Part shown: piece after piece, positions 26,440-40,552 of the stretch
How positions within the stretch are numbered: position 1 is the first letter of the stretch
Layout: each line of letters opens with the position of its first letter
Assembly (NCBI RefSeq): GCF_016433145.1
Contig: NC_058133.1
Coordinates: forward strand, 423,306,933 to 423,370,932
Origin: Gracilinanus agilis
Taxonomy: Eukaryota
Reading direction: 5' to 3'
DNA length: 64,000 nucleotides
The notes under the pieces: model-generated
Databases searched by the model: none
Seen by the model: the letters and a program-made list of their open reading frames with translations, nothing else
Told to the model about the DNA's origin: nothing
Position numbers and translations under genes: made by a program

Positions 26440-27310
26440 GTGCCACCTAGCTGCACCTCTCTCAATCATTTTTTAGGCTTCACCCTCTAATTTCTGGTTC
26501 CAACACTAAACTGAAACTTGTCTCTCAAAATGACTGACAACCTCATTCAATGATTTTCTCTCTGTTCTCATCGTCTCACTTTGTAACTTTTCAAAAAGTC
26601 AAACAATAGACATTTAATAAGCATCTACAGTGTATCCAGAACTGTGCTAAATGCTAAATGCATTTGACACTATTAACCAGATTTTTCTTTTTTTATATTC
26701 TCTTCTTTAGCTTCTGTGAACATCATCACATTCTCTTGATTTTCATCCTCCTTCTGGGAATGTTCCTTCTGTTTTCTTGTCTGCTCCTTCATTCTGATCC
26801 CTCAATATTGATTTTCCTGAAGGTTTCACCCATGTTTCTCCTTTGTTGTTTCTCTGATGACTCTTTTGTTTTCATCCCTACCCACTCCCATGGTTTCCAC
26901 TATAATTTCTATGCAGGGGATTTCCAGCCATCCCTGAGTTCCAGACTCTCATCTGTCTTATTGGCATTTCAGTCAATGTGTCTAAAGGCAGAATCTGCCA
27001 GATGTTCACTAATCTGCTTTTTCTAATGTTCCTATTTCTGTTAATATTCCATCATTCACTTATCATCCATGTTGAAACAATGGTGTCATCTGTGACTCTT
27101 TTCTGTCTCGTATCCCACAAGTAATCACTTATCTAGTTCTTTTAAGCCTTCTCCTGCGATATCTATTAGTATGTTCCCTTCTTACCATTCCTCCTATCAC
27201 ACTGGGATAAGCCCAAATTATTTAATAATTAGTCCTGATCCCCTGTCTCTCCATTATTCCATTTGTATTCCACCCAATTGCAAGATTACACTTTCTTATG
27301 CCCAAATCTA
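26440..27310 (+). mobile_element. L2 LINE fragments
   Basis: Pyrimidine-rich L2 ORF2-like sequence (ctcccatggtttccactataatttctatgcag.., ccatcattcac). Confidence 0.55.
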
Positions 27311-27622
27311 ATCATGACCTGTGGTTGGATTGGCAATTCACCGTGTAATTTCATTCTTACATGGACTTTGGGCACACAATGAGGATAGATAATGATCGAT
27401 ATCCCTAGAATTAAAAAGAAGGAAGAGAGTTTCTCTCATTTGCAAAAGGGAATATCTATATAGAGTACAGTGCTTGGATTTGCAATTCTGTTGCTGTAGG
27501 GAACTTCTAAAGGAGGGAACTTTTGTCAGTATAGATCTGAACCTTGAGAATTGCTTGGACCAATATATCATAGGAAGGACTTGAATTTGGGACTTTTCTG
27601 GCTTTGAGGCTGGCTGTCTTAG

Positions 27623-27832
<210 letters not shown>

Positions 27833-28888
27833 TAAATACTTTTTGGTTTACCTGCAGATCATGATGTGTGATGGTGCTTATAAATGGCTGGGTCGTACTA
27901 AAGGACAATCAGATTCTGGAGAAACCTGAGCATCTTTTAAAAAGCTATCATTTTCCCCCCTCTTTGTCGTATGCTGGCTTGGTCTTGGTGATATCTCTCA
28001 TCCTTGAAATATAGCTCATTTACACATCTCAAATGGGAAGGGATCATTAAATGATAAATAAGGTCCGATGTAGTATATTTATTCCAACCGGGATTTTAGT
28101 GCCCATTTCACAGAAACTAACTCTTGATGACAGCAGCTCTGAACAAGTTGAGGGGTGGATGAATAGATCTGTGGAGAGTGACTGCATTCTTAATCTTATA
28201 CTAGCAATCACTCATACTGCATAGAGAAAATTGTTAGCATTGTAAAATATACAAAACAGTTATTGACTCATGAAGTGGCTCATGGCCACTAGATGTATCT
28301 ATGTTTGACCATTTTACATATCTGTGTTTGTTTGAAATTCATTTACAAAATTATTATAAAATATTTAAAGAAAAGCAAGTTGTGACTTTGAATCACAGGC
28401 AAGCCCAAACTCTCCAGATTTGAAAACCATTATGCTTATTATTTATGATAGGAGAGTTTTCTTCTCTCATATATACAATTATTTTGATTTTTAGTTATTT
28501 CTGTTGGTATTTCTCCCCCCTCTTTTTGGGTACAGACTGATTTCTGTACCAAATGATTTCATTTGTTGAATGATTTCATTATGTTGAAATTGATTTCATT
28601 AATGTTGAAAACTCATGATAAGGAAACTCTTTACCAATGTAGATCGACAACCATTCTGCAACTTATAGAGAGTGCTTGAGGCACTAAAAGTTTAAGTTAG
28701 AGATCTAGCATGTGTCAGAGGCAAGACTTGAACCCAGGACATCCTGAAATCAGAAGTCAGCTCTCTACCCACTTACCATGCACTCTAATACATTATACAT
28801 GCCTTTTTCTGGCCCATTATTCAAGGAAAAATAAGCCTTTTCACATAATCCCATAATTTTTCCCCTTTAACTCAAAAATATGAAAGTT

Positions 28889-29118
28889 GGCAGCCTATGT
28901 GGAGTAGTGGGTAGAATGCCAGGCTTGGAGTCAGGAAGATCTGAATTCAAAACTTGCTTTACACACTTACTGTGTCTGGAAAAGTCATTTAACTGTGTTT
29001 GCTTCAGTGTCCACATCTGTAAAACAAGGTGGAGAAGGAAATTAGAAATCATTCTGTTATCTTTGTCAAGAAAACCACAAATGAAGAGTTAGACATGCCT
29101 GAAAATGACTCAGTAACA
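28889..29118 (+). mobile_element. MAR1-type SINE
   Basis: ggcagc..ttggagtcaggaagatctgaattcaaa..ggagaaggaaattagaaatc..gagttagacatgcctgaaaatgac. Confidence 0.75.
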
Positions 29119-29788
29119 TTATAATTTTAGTGTCTACTGATATCACACGGTCTAATCTAAGACTGAACACAAATAATAATAATAGCTGACATTTATATTA
29201 TATTTTAACATTTACAAAGTACTTTAACATACGTTATCTAATCTGATCTTCAGGACAGCCCTGTAAGACTGTTTCTAATATTATCTCCATTTTACAGAAG
29301 GTAAAACTGAAGTTTAGAAGATGTAAATGACTTGCCTAGGACTGAATAGCTAATAAGGACCAAAGGCAACTAACTGTCTTCTTGATTCAGAGTCTAAAGA
29401 TCTCTCCCTAATACTGCCCCAATATTTTTAGTTGTTTGAACTAGAATTGGCATTCCATGCCAAAGACATCAACTAAATGGCATTTTAACCAGTTCCTAAC
29501 TTTGACATGTTCCCAGCCCCCAAATTAATGCTAAGAATGTTATGTTATAAACTGATAAAATTTGTTGTTGTTTGACTGTTTTAGTTGTGTTTGACTCTTC
29601 ATGACCTGATAGTGAATTTTAAAAAGCATCCTTGAACAAAGTGCCTTTTTATGAAGTATTTATTCTTTATTAAGTGGTTAGGGTAGTAAAGTGAAATGCC
29701 CTGCCTCTTAAGCTGAAGATTTATTTTGGTTTAAATTTTTTATACTGATTAAACAAATAATTGCTTAAGTTTTTAACTCAGTTTCACT

Positions 29789-29920
29789 NNNNNNNNNNNN
29801 NNNNNNNNNNNNNNNNNNNNNNNNNNNNNNNNNNNNNNNNNNNNNNNNNNNNNNNNNNNNNNNNNNNNNNNNNNNNNNNNNNNNNNNNNNNNNNNNNNNN
29901 NNNNNNNNNNNNNNNNNNNN
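29789..29920. other. Assembly gap (132 N)
   Basis: Run of N, followed by an L1 ORF2-like fragment. Confidence 0.99.
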
Positions 29921-29990
29921 GAAAATCATTCTGGAAAGCAGTTTGGAACTATGCGCTTAAAGTTACTAAACTGTATATATTCCTCTGTAC
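29921..29990 (+). mobile_element. L1 ORF2 3' fragment next to the gap
   Basis: cattctggaaagcagtttggaactatgc..aaagttactaaactgtatat. Confidence 0.6.
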
Positions 29991-30260
29991 ATTTAAAAAA
30001 CATTTCAGTGACACTTTTCTTTTTTTAATCACTACTCCATTCTACTTCAAATCCTGAATGTTAATTTAAATGTGTGCATGCAAATCTCTACTGTCAATTT
30101 ACATAGAAATATAGTACATATGATGTTTGTTCTTCCTACTCCTTCCTTCATGTTTGTATAATCTTTTTCTTCATACACCGAAATTATGGGAAATAGTAAG
30201 TTCCTTCCCCATTCCCTAATTTCTTCTTCCTTAGTAGAAAAAAAATCCACCTTCTCTTCT

Positions 30261-30324
30261 CTTCCTTCCTTCCTTCCTTCCTTCCTTCCTTCCTTCCTTC
30301 CTTCCTTCCTTCCTTCCTTCCTTC
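30261..30324. repeat. (CTTC)16 tetranucleotide microsatellite
   Basis: 16 perfect copies, ending about 93 nt upstream of the exon ~7 acceptor. Confidence 0.95.
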
Positions 30325-30398
30325 CACCTTCTTCCAACACTAGTCATTGAACTGGATTCAATAGAGATTTCTCAGAAGATTCCTAGATTTTGATGTAA

Positions 30399-30536
<138 letters not shown>

Positions 30537-31300
30537 TAGTTTCACTTATTTTGTTGGATCATGGCATTATTCACTGAGAGACATCCATTGTGATGAAAGA
30601 ATCTCTACTCAAGTCCTCTGATTTCTGATATCTTGCTTTTTAGAATTAGCCTGCCATATTAATTAGTGCATAGTACCATCATTGTGAATAATACATTTTT
30701 ATTTATAATTAGTTGGCTATAGCTGAGGTGCCATGAAGGAAACTGCATGGAAGAGAAATGCAGTAAAGTGTGTGGCAAAGTTAAAGCTCTACAGAGTTGA
30801 AGATGCCTTTTTTTCCCCCTCAAAGCAAAAGCACAAGTTTAAACATTTTCTCATGTTTCTCTGAGGCGTGCATTTTCTTTTTTTTTGTGCCCCAACTGGT
30901 GATGAACCTGCTTTTCCATCCACTACTCCACCTTGGTGTCCACCTAGCATTTTCCCCATGGATTCCTTTACGGAACAATTCTGTTGTCAGTGCCTGCTTT
31001 TCTATCCCGTACTGCCTCACCATTCCTGTAGGCAGCAGGACTTTCCCTCTGGCATCAGGTTTCTTGATCCTGTAGCTTCAGTGCCCTTGAGAGGAACTCT
31101 TTCCCAAAATCAGGTCTTGTCTTCCTTAGCCTCAAAATCCATAGTATTTCTATCAGGGATTTAAATTGGTTTCATAGGCTGATAAATGTAATGAAGAATC
31201 CTTCCTATTGGATTTCTTTGCAGTGGCTAAGCATCCCTCAAAGTCAGTAGCTACAGAGGAGAAAGGCCAGCAGGTGTTCATTCCCAGAACATTTTGTTGA

Positions 31301-31627
<327 letters not shown>

Positions 31628-32239
31628 TAATATTCCGTCAGAAAGGACACTCCTTTTAGAGAGGTTAGTTTTAAATTTTTTGGTAAAGTTCCAATGTACA
31701 AACACAGAGTTGTTGATTAATCATTTTTCTGGGCATATGCTTTGCCATGTGCTGAATTTTTATACCAAATTGCTATTCTTTCAACATGTGGAGTCCATTA
31801 AATACCACTCTCATAATGTACATAAATAACCATTGAGTATTATTTTTGTGACAATAGAAGGGAAAATAGCCTCTCCCAGGATGAAGACCTATGCTTGATT
31901 CTGAGAATTCATGTGTTAAAGCTGCCACTATACTTTGTAGCATATCTTTACAATTACATATTATAAATTATGGGATTAGATTTAGAAGAGAACGTGAAAA
32001 TCAGATTATACACTCTCCTCTTTTTATAGATAAAGAAACCAAAGTCTAGAGAGTAGCAACATTTTATCCCAAATTTCCCTCTCACCAAAGGTGTAAAGGT
32101 TGGACCATAGATAACCTCTGGGCTATTTCAATACTCTCATTAAAACTCTAGATAAAATGGTCTAGTAGTGGATTGAATACTTGACTTGGACTCAGGAAGA
32201 CCTGGGTTTGAACCCTGTCTTAGACACTTAGTAGTATTT

Positions 32240-32530
32240 ATTGTTGTTCAGTTGTGTTTTGTTTTTTTTTTGGTAATTTCTGACACTTTGTGACCCCATT
32301 GGAGATTTGTTTGTTTGTTGTTGTTGTTGTTTTTGGCAAAGATATTAGAGTGGTTTATTGCCATTTCCTTCTTCATCTCATTTTACAGTTGAGGAACAGA
32401 GGCAAACAGGGTGAAATGACTTGCCTAGGGTCACATAGCTAGTGAGTGTCAGAGGCCAGATTTGAACTCATGAAGATGAATCTCCCTGATTCTAGGCTCA
32501 GTATTCTATCTAACCTGCCACCTAGCTGCC
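32240..32530 (-). mobile_element. MAR1-type SINE nested inside a MIR (32170-32640)
   Basis: Reverse MAR1 tail (ttgttcagttgtg.., gccatttccttc) to ..ccacctagctgcc; MIR halves on both sides. Confidence 0.8.
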
Positions 32531-33355
32531 TTAGTGTATATAAGACCTTTGCAAGTTGTTATATCTCTCTAGTTCTGTTTCTTCATCTGTAAAATGAGGT
32601 GGTTGGTAGTGCCCAGCTTTGAATCTATGATTCTATGTTTCATAAATTAAACTATATTTTCTAATTTTCCATAATTAATACTATAGTTTTCCACAAATAA
32701 TAATACCATAATACTTTGCTCCCATTATACTGACCCATTGGTAATTCCATAAACATACAATACATTGTATTTTTCAAACTTGGTACCATTGCTCATGCTA
32801 TATCCTTCACCCAGGATGTCCTCCCCCACCTCCATCAGGAGATACAAAATGAGTTCAAACTCAGCACTTGCTCATCGTGTGTCCTTGGGCTTAACCTTTG
32901 CTTGCCTCAGTATCTTCATTGCTAAGATGAGGATAATAATAGTACTTAATGCCGAGCATTGTTGTGAGGATAAAGCAAGACGATATTTGTAAAGTTCTTT
33001 GCAATCCTTAAAGCACAATATAAATGCAATCCTTAAAGCACAATAAAATTCAGTGAATATTGGGTGAATTAAATCTCCAAAACAATTAACCAGATTTTTT
33101 CTAAACTCATATGTTATCTGCTTCATAGACAGTGACAGTAGTGATATAAATTGCTATATTACATCAGCGACGGTCATGGTCTTGTTTCCTACACATGCAC
33201 TGACAATCATATTGACATCTATTTGAATGATGTTTGTGGACCAATGACTGTCAGCATGTGTCATTTGCTTTTTTAGGATCTACAACGTCCCATGTAATAA
33301 GAGCTTCAGGATGCATTGAATAGTCACTGTCTCAACATAATATTTACCTTTCTGA

Positions 33356-33523
<168 letters not shown>

Positions 33524-34110
33524 TGATCTATACTGTATGCTTAAAGTGCCAGATGATTTCTCAGTGCTGGCTACTCCTGTTATCTGAAAAGCAGCTGGGA
33601 AAGGAGCTTGTCTCTTGGAGAGTTTTAATTCTAGGAAGGACATTTGTTGCAATAATTTTCCAGGTAGTGAAGATGATTTACACGCAAATCTTCATTTTGC
33701 CCATTCCCCGCCCCCCCCCAATTCAGCTTCTTGTGTTATTCTTTGTGTTTTGATCATGTTTGTGGCACTGTCCTCTTAACCCATCAGAACAATCCCCTAA
33801 AGTTTAAAATGTCTTATATGTATGACCTATTTGCTGTACCACAGAAGAAGTGAAAAACTCAGTGTTAACCACAAATATCCTTAACTAATTAGAGAAGGAT
33901 GTGAGAATGCTTAGTGATGATGGATTTATATCCTATTTGTCCAAGTCCCTTAGTGAGGAAATGTGGTTTTAAAATATGATTACATTTAAAATATACAAAC
34001 CAAATAAACTATTCTCAGCTTGTCAATTCTCAAGTATATTTTCTGAGAATATAATAAACAAATGTTGCCCCTTATAATGTAGGTGGTTCCATATAAGGTT
34101 CTATATAAGT

Positions 34111-34160
34111 GTATATATATATACATATATATATATATATACATACACACACACACACAG
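34111..34160. repeat. Compound (TA)n(CA)n microsatellite
   Basis: gtatatatatatacatatatatatatatatacatacacacacacacacag. Confidence 0.9.
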
Positions 34161-35464
34161 AGGTGTACATACACAAATATACACATGCCTGTGTGTATAT
34201 TTTGTATGTGGGCGAACTACACAAAAGTTATATAGAGCAGATGGTCCCTTATTGATATGAGAGAGAAAATCTTATTTAAGAAGCCATCAATATCATACTT
34301 AATGCATTCCAGGTTTTCTCCATTTTGAGATAATTTACTACATTTGTCTAGTATTTTGTCTCTCTTGTTATATAGCCTTTCATTTTTCTCACTCTGGTTC
34401 TAGTCTAAAGATCCAGTCTGGAAGGAATTTCTGGTTAGTAGCCAGTTAATTACATGGCCAGAAAACACAGTTGCCTCTGAGTTTCTAAATCAAAAGCATC
34501 TCACTGAATAGCTCCTTTCTGTCCACATTTCTCATCCATCCCTAGACTGGCATTCTTATCACAATTTTTATTTAAGTTTCCATATTTAAAATTCATAATA
34601 ACACTTGCATTTTCTATGTAGAAGAAGTGGCACAATAGAATAGCAGATCCTGTATTGTAATTGGAGTCTTTCCATGTTCCTTAATCAACAGAGTATATCC
34701 AATCTCCCTATTTTACTCATGTGGCTTCGAACAATGGATTCCTTTTCTTAATTTTTGACCACTGCAAAAGACTATATTGTACAAAGTTTAGAAATCATCA
34801 GTTGCATTGAGGAGAAAAAAGCTTGAGTTTTTGGTTGGTATTGAAAACAATAATATGATTTAGGACATATTGTACTACTTAATCGTTTTTGTAGTAAAGG
34901 CATTTGATTTTATAATTACCGAATAGAACATTTATTTTCAGAGTATTCGCATCAGAATACCATTACAGGATTGAAATATCCATTAGAAGACATTAAAATT
35001 ATTATTTAATGATCTACCCTACCTTTTGAATGTTACCAAAGTAATTTTATCATTGCATACCTTGTTTAAAAATATTATAAGTGCCACTGGATGTAAATGC
35101 CTTTTCAATATGGAATTTATCTAGATTAAGTCAGCAACTTGGTAACGAAATCACTAACAGAAAATAATCACAGTTTAGTAAACAAAAATATTTAAAGCTG
35201 TCACCAGCTGAGTAGAATCAATTTCCAGTAGCTGTTGCTTCTCAATGGATTTTTTTTTTTCATCACAGCAGATTATGGGGTAATTGGCCATAAAGAAAAT
35301 AACTGTGTAGAGGTTTAAGTTTTGCCTCCTAGATTCCATATGATTAACTTCCTTAAAATATAAAATTGCTAGTGAATTAACTACATATCCTGTCTGGTAG
35401 TCTGAACGAATGCTAGTTCAACATTTCTCATGTCTTTGTACTCCGGCTGTTGACTTGACGTGCA

Positions 35465-35660
35465 NNNNNNNNNNNNNNNNNNNNNNNNNNNNNNNNNNNN
35501 NNNNNNNNNNNNNNNNNNNNNNNNNNNNNNNNNNNNNNNNNNNNNNNNNNNNNNNNNNNNNNNNNNNNNNNNNNNNNNNNNNNNNNNNNNNNNNNNNNNN
35601 NNNNNNNNNNNNNNNNNNNNNNNNNNNNNNNNNNNNNNNNNNNNNNNNNNNNNNNNNNNN
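35465..35660. other. Assembly gap (196 N) hiding the start of exon ~10
   Basis: Run of N directly abutting in-frame FN3 coding sequence. Confidence 0.99.
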
Positions 35661-35852
<192 letters not shown>

Positions 35853-36630
35853 TAGATGATAGTCCTGAATCAAGTTCTGTTTGATGGATAGATTTTATCC
35901 CGAATTTGTATTGAAATTTTAAAATAGGAAAAATAATCTTATATAGAAATTCTTTTAAAACAATCTGTTTTCCTCAGCAGGCTGAATTGAATCCTCCATG
36001 TAAGATAAAAATGCTATTTATTATAATTGGTATCACTCTCTAATTTTGTATTGAAAGTAAAATGGAAAAAAAAACCATTTAGATGTCACATAGGGATACT
36101 TTTGCTGTTTTGATGCTTATTTTGCTCCCTTTTCATCAAAATACTAGTTTAAGTTAATTTTGTAATGTATGTACTTGAACGGTGTCTGAACATAAAATGT
36201 GAAGGGAAGAATTGGCACTGACTTCGTTTATCTGATGAATCCTGACAGCTTGTCAAATTAACTTGGGGCCCCCACTGTCCTTTTTTTTTTCTCCTATCTA
36301 CATAGCTGTGAATTATCTTATCCAGCTACCCATCCCCAGATAAACTAGGTAATGCTTCACTTCACTGTCCAACCATAAACAGAGAGGTCCTGGTCTGCTC
36401 CCAAGTTAAATTTTGAAGAAAGCAAAGTTTGCCTTTGGATCTCCCAGCCTTCCTTTTCTGTCCCCTTTTATCTACATCACTAATACTCAATATCCAACAT
36501 CTGCTAAAGCATATTTTTATGAAAGGCTCTGATTTTAGTCTTATATACCTTATGTCCAAGACCTCTCTACATTCTAAGCCTTCTTTCTAATTGCGAAATG
36601 AAGGCTTTGTCCTTTTTGAAAGAACATTCA

Positions 36631-36838
36631 GGGGGCAGCTAGATGGCTCAGTGGATAGAGTGCTAGATCTGGAAGTTAGGAGGTCCTGGGTTCAAATTTG
36701 ATTTCAGATACTTTCTAGCTGCATGACCCTGGGCAAGTCACTTAACTCCCATTGCCTAGTCTTTATTGCTCTTCTGCTTTGGAATTGATATTTAGTATTG
36801 ATTCTAAGACAGAAGATGAGGGTTTAAAAAAAAAGAAA
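36631..36838 (+). mobile_element. SINE1_Mdo-type SINE, full length
   Basis: gggggcagctagatggctcagtggatagag..gattctaagacagaagatgagggttt + poly(A). Confidence 0.9.
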
Positions 36839-37735
36839 GGAACTGATACTTGTCTTACTCCAAAGTCCTTTCTATGGTCTAAGACTTCTTTCTAATTGTC
36901 CAGTGAAGTCTTTACCCCTTTTGACAGAACATCCAGGCATCGAAGAGGAGAGGGAACAGGGAATTCTGGGGAGAAACTTGAAGTAGGTCATGTACTCCAT
37001 TTCTTGTAATTTGGGGTAACAATAATTCAGCATCAAAATCATACTTATCTATCAGCATATAGTAAGACCTGTTCTAGACCATTTACATGCAGCTATGAGA
37101 AAAATCTGTGTAATTTTGTCGGTTTGAGAGACTAGAATTTTGGAAACTTCTTCCAATACTGTAAGGCAACAATGATTTTTTTCAATAAATCTAATAGAAT
37201 TGCCCAGGGCACATAAAGATTAGGTAACTTATCCAGGGTTATAAAGTTTATAAGTGACAGAGGTAGGATTTGAATCCAGGACTTCTTAATGTCTTTGCCA
37301 CACTACTCCACCTTATTCATGACATGTTGAAAACTATACTTGGATAGCCTACCTTCATAAAAACTGATCACAAAATTTGAACTTACAAGGCAGAAAATTT
37401 GGATTAATTACTCACAATACCAACAGATATTTTGCTTGACTGATTCACCTCATGATTCCTTTAAGTGGGAAATTTCTTTAAAATGTTTAAAACTTGATCC
37501 AATTTACAGAAATTCAAATTATATCTTCTTTTTCCCCCTTCAGGATCATATCTCTTTCATAAAAGGAAGTATATCTTTCCTTTCAGTTATTGTGACCAGG
37601 AGAAAGTTATCTGTTATTCTAATAGATTTCTTGGTACATTTTTAGTGGTTAATTATAGTCTTTTTTCCATGCTGTCAAAAATGATCCTTTACTTCGCTGA
37701 AGTTGTGGTTAATTTTCTTTATCATTCTGTTGCAG

Positions 37736-40552
37736 CTGTCACCAGTGATCCAAATACTCATCAGAGAATGAATATGGAAGACAAATTGGATCCTAAAAAG
37801 CCTGAGCCTTCACAAAAAGTCCCATCACCACCTTCCTCTAAAAACATTCATTCATCTCTTTCTCCCAAGGGGAAAGATACAAAAACCCCACTTTCTGATT
37901 TAAAAAATAAAATTTTGACTAATAGTGGAGTCCTCAGTAAATCTCAGCTACCCCCTAAAAAGAGAGCAGAAACAGTCTCTGATCTCCAGTCAACAGAAGT
38001 CACTGATGATGACTTAGATTCCCATTCAGAGTCACCAACATCACAGTCTAAGATCCAAGGTACCAAGAGAAATGGTAGGCCACCATTACCAAATGGATCT
38101 TTTCATTCTGTCTTAGGACCTGGAAGGACCCCAGTGAGAGCTCGAATTCCCCTGTTAACCCGAAAGACAAACCTAGATTCACATGACTCTTCATCTTCCT
38201 CTCAGAATTCACAGTCTGCTTCCACATCTCCATCATCTTCATCTTTCCAGGTATCCGATGATGAAACCAGGCATCAGAGAATGCATAATTCTAATTATCC
38301 ATCTTCTAGAGTCACCTCTGTTAACCCATCTCATGAAAACACTAGTAATGACCCTGTTGATGATGATGATGATGAAAAGAAAGAAGGACATACTAAAGGT
38401 CTGCCACATTCAAAATATCCTTCATCTGGCAAGCCAGTTCCTAATAGTATGGAACGTTCTCGGTTGACTGTACCATCAAATCGACAGTTTGTCCGGGAGA
38501 AGAATCCTACACATGGTGAAGGAAAATCACATTTACCTGCTCACACAAATGCTCCATCTGAGAACTGGGAGGAAAAATCAAGTTTTCTACCATCTACAAG
38601 AACATCTTCCCATGGGGGAACTTCAAGGACATTGCCAACCAGATTTCACTCTGGATCTCATTCTCGGGTGCTGAAAAATGATCAAGAGGCAAGAGCCATT
38701 AACTCTGCCCTGCCATCACAGTCCACAGTTTCTTCTCCAGCCCGTCATATTCCCAGCCATTCACACCTCCCCTCAATGAAGCAGACACCAAGGGAAAGGA
38801 ATGGATCAGATGATGATGGCAATGAAGACGATGATGCAGAAGATAAAAAGCAGACAGATTCTACCTCTTCTACCTTTCACTCCAGGTTGGCAGCAGGTCA
38901 GCCTGTCTCTGGAAACTTGAATTTTCCCAGACGTAGGCCATTTTCTTCCAGTAGTCGATACCCCAACAGAGCTAGCAGTAGTCAAAGTCTCCGGTCACAC
39001 CCTTCTAACTCCCCTCAATCCACGACATCATCTAGGGTTCATTCTCAACATATTGCTAATAAAGATGAGGAGGAAAGGGAAGAGGGAGATGAAGAAAGAC
39101 CACTTCCCTCTACTATTGTAAATGATTATCTGCCTTCCTCTTCTAGGCAGCCTACTTCACCAAGTTCAGATCACATAAGAAGAATCCCCCAGAGAGTGTC
39201 AAGTGCTCATCGAAAAGTGCCCCTCGCAGAAAATGCTAAGTCTCCATTAACTTCTCAATCATCTTCATCTGATGCACACTCTCAGGACAATTCACCATCC
39301 TTTCCCAACAAACTGCATCCACAAGACACTCATCGAAACACAGGAACAGAGGGTATTCCTGCCAGAGTAAGGCCCTCTACCAGATCTCAGCATCAATCAG
39401 GGTCCAGTGCATCTACAAGGATAACAAATGTCCAAAACTCAAGATCTGTATCTTCAGAAAAGCATCCATCATCACACCTTTCTACTTCTAAACAGCAACT
39501 TCATGACCAGGATAAGGAAGTTGAAAATCCATTGTCTAAATCAAAACAATCTTATTCCTCATCACAAGAAAGTGTCCATTCCAGCTCCAGTCCTTCCTTT
39601 AAAACAAGAGCTGGTCAGTCCACCTTTTCTACCAATTCTAGAAGGCAGCTGTCACCTCAAGGATCCCGACAGATCCATCAGGAATCTGAAAGCAGACATG
39701 ATGATAGTGAAAATTATAGCACAGAATTGGAGGACCAAGATGTCAGGATTAATACACATTCTACCCATCACAAGGATATCTCTTCTTCTGGATCATCTTC
39801 TACCTCATCTCTTTCCAAACAACAGCAAATAGGGGGTCAGTCTGGAAATGCTGATGAAAAGTCGCAAAGTAGACATACCTATTTACCTTCTTCCAGAGGC
39901 TCAGGTTCATCTCTGGCAGGCAGCAGGTCCAGTAGTAACAGAGAAACCTCTGCGAAAACCACATTACCTTTTCTTCATTCTCGTGCTCGAGTTCCTAGCA
40001 GAACTGTATCTCAGGTAGAGAAAAAAGATAGTCTATACCAATCCACACCATCAAAAATAGAACCTCCTTCTAAAAGTCCTCTGTCATCTCCCCTGAAGTC
40101 TCATCAGTCAGTCTCAAATGATGACGATGACGATGATGATAGAGAGTATACAAGAAGAGACAAAGAGGAAGATTCTATTTCCTCTTCAGTTTCAAAGTGG
40201 CCTTCTTCCTCTAGTGGTAAATATGCAAATAGAAATATTGGTAAGGATAAGGAGAAGCCTGTAAGTTCTCTTCCTCATAGAGTGAGATCTAATGAAGAAG
40301 ACAATTCTACTCCTTTAAAACGTCCTATTCCTCCAAGAGGAGCCTCACAAATTCCAAATGCCCCTTCAAAATTTCTTCCACGGTCACGTAGTACCCAGAG
40401 TCCCATCAGCAGTACATCCTTACATACTACCACCCATGCCCCACTTACTTATTCTTCTACTACACCCATGCTTTCACTACGTCAACGTATGTTAAACTCA
40501 AGAATACGGAACCCACCTTCAAGATACCCTGCGAGACCTCCATACAGACCAG
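37736..40552 (+). CDS. FNDC1: FNDC1 exon ~11 (2,817 nt, 939 codons); Ser/Asp/Arg/Pro-rich disordered region
   Basis: Lies inside the 983-aa ORF; cattctgttgcag| acceptor; donor CAG|GTAATT; phase 1-1; ends with conserved-looking TTPMLSLRQRMLNSRIRNP..RPG. Confidence 0.95.

Noticed and set aside
30047-30340. Minus ORF with GRKE repeats
   Set aside because: It is simply the translation of the (CTTC)n microsatellite.
35400-35464. Sequence before the gap as a degraded start of exon ~10
   Set aside because: Only a fleeting ctccggct similarity, with no consistent frame or acceptor; more likely low-quality read end or intron.
37645-37735. Apparent start of the 983-aa ORF as a stand-alone gene
   Set aside because: The first 30 codons are intronic (GTG start, pyrimidine tract). 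The ORF is an internal exon bounded by AG at 37735 and GT at 40553.
38048-39832. Alternative-frame and antisense ORFs (62-134 aa) within exon ~11
   Set aside because: Expected by-products of low-complexity coding sequence; no recognisable motifs or independent start/splice context.
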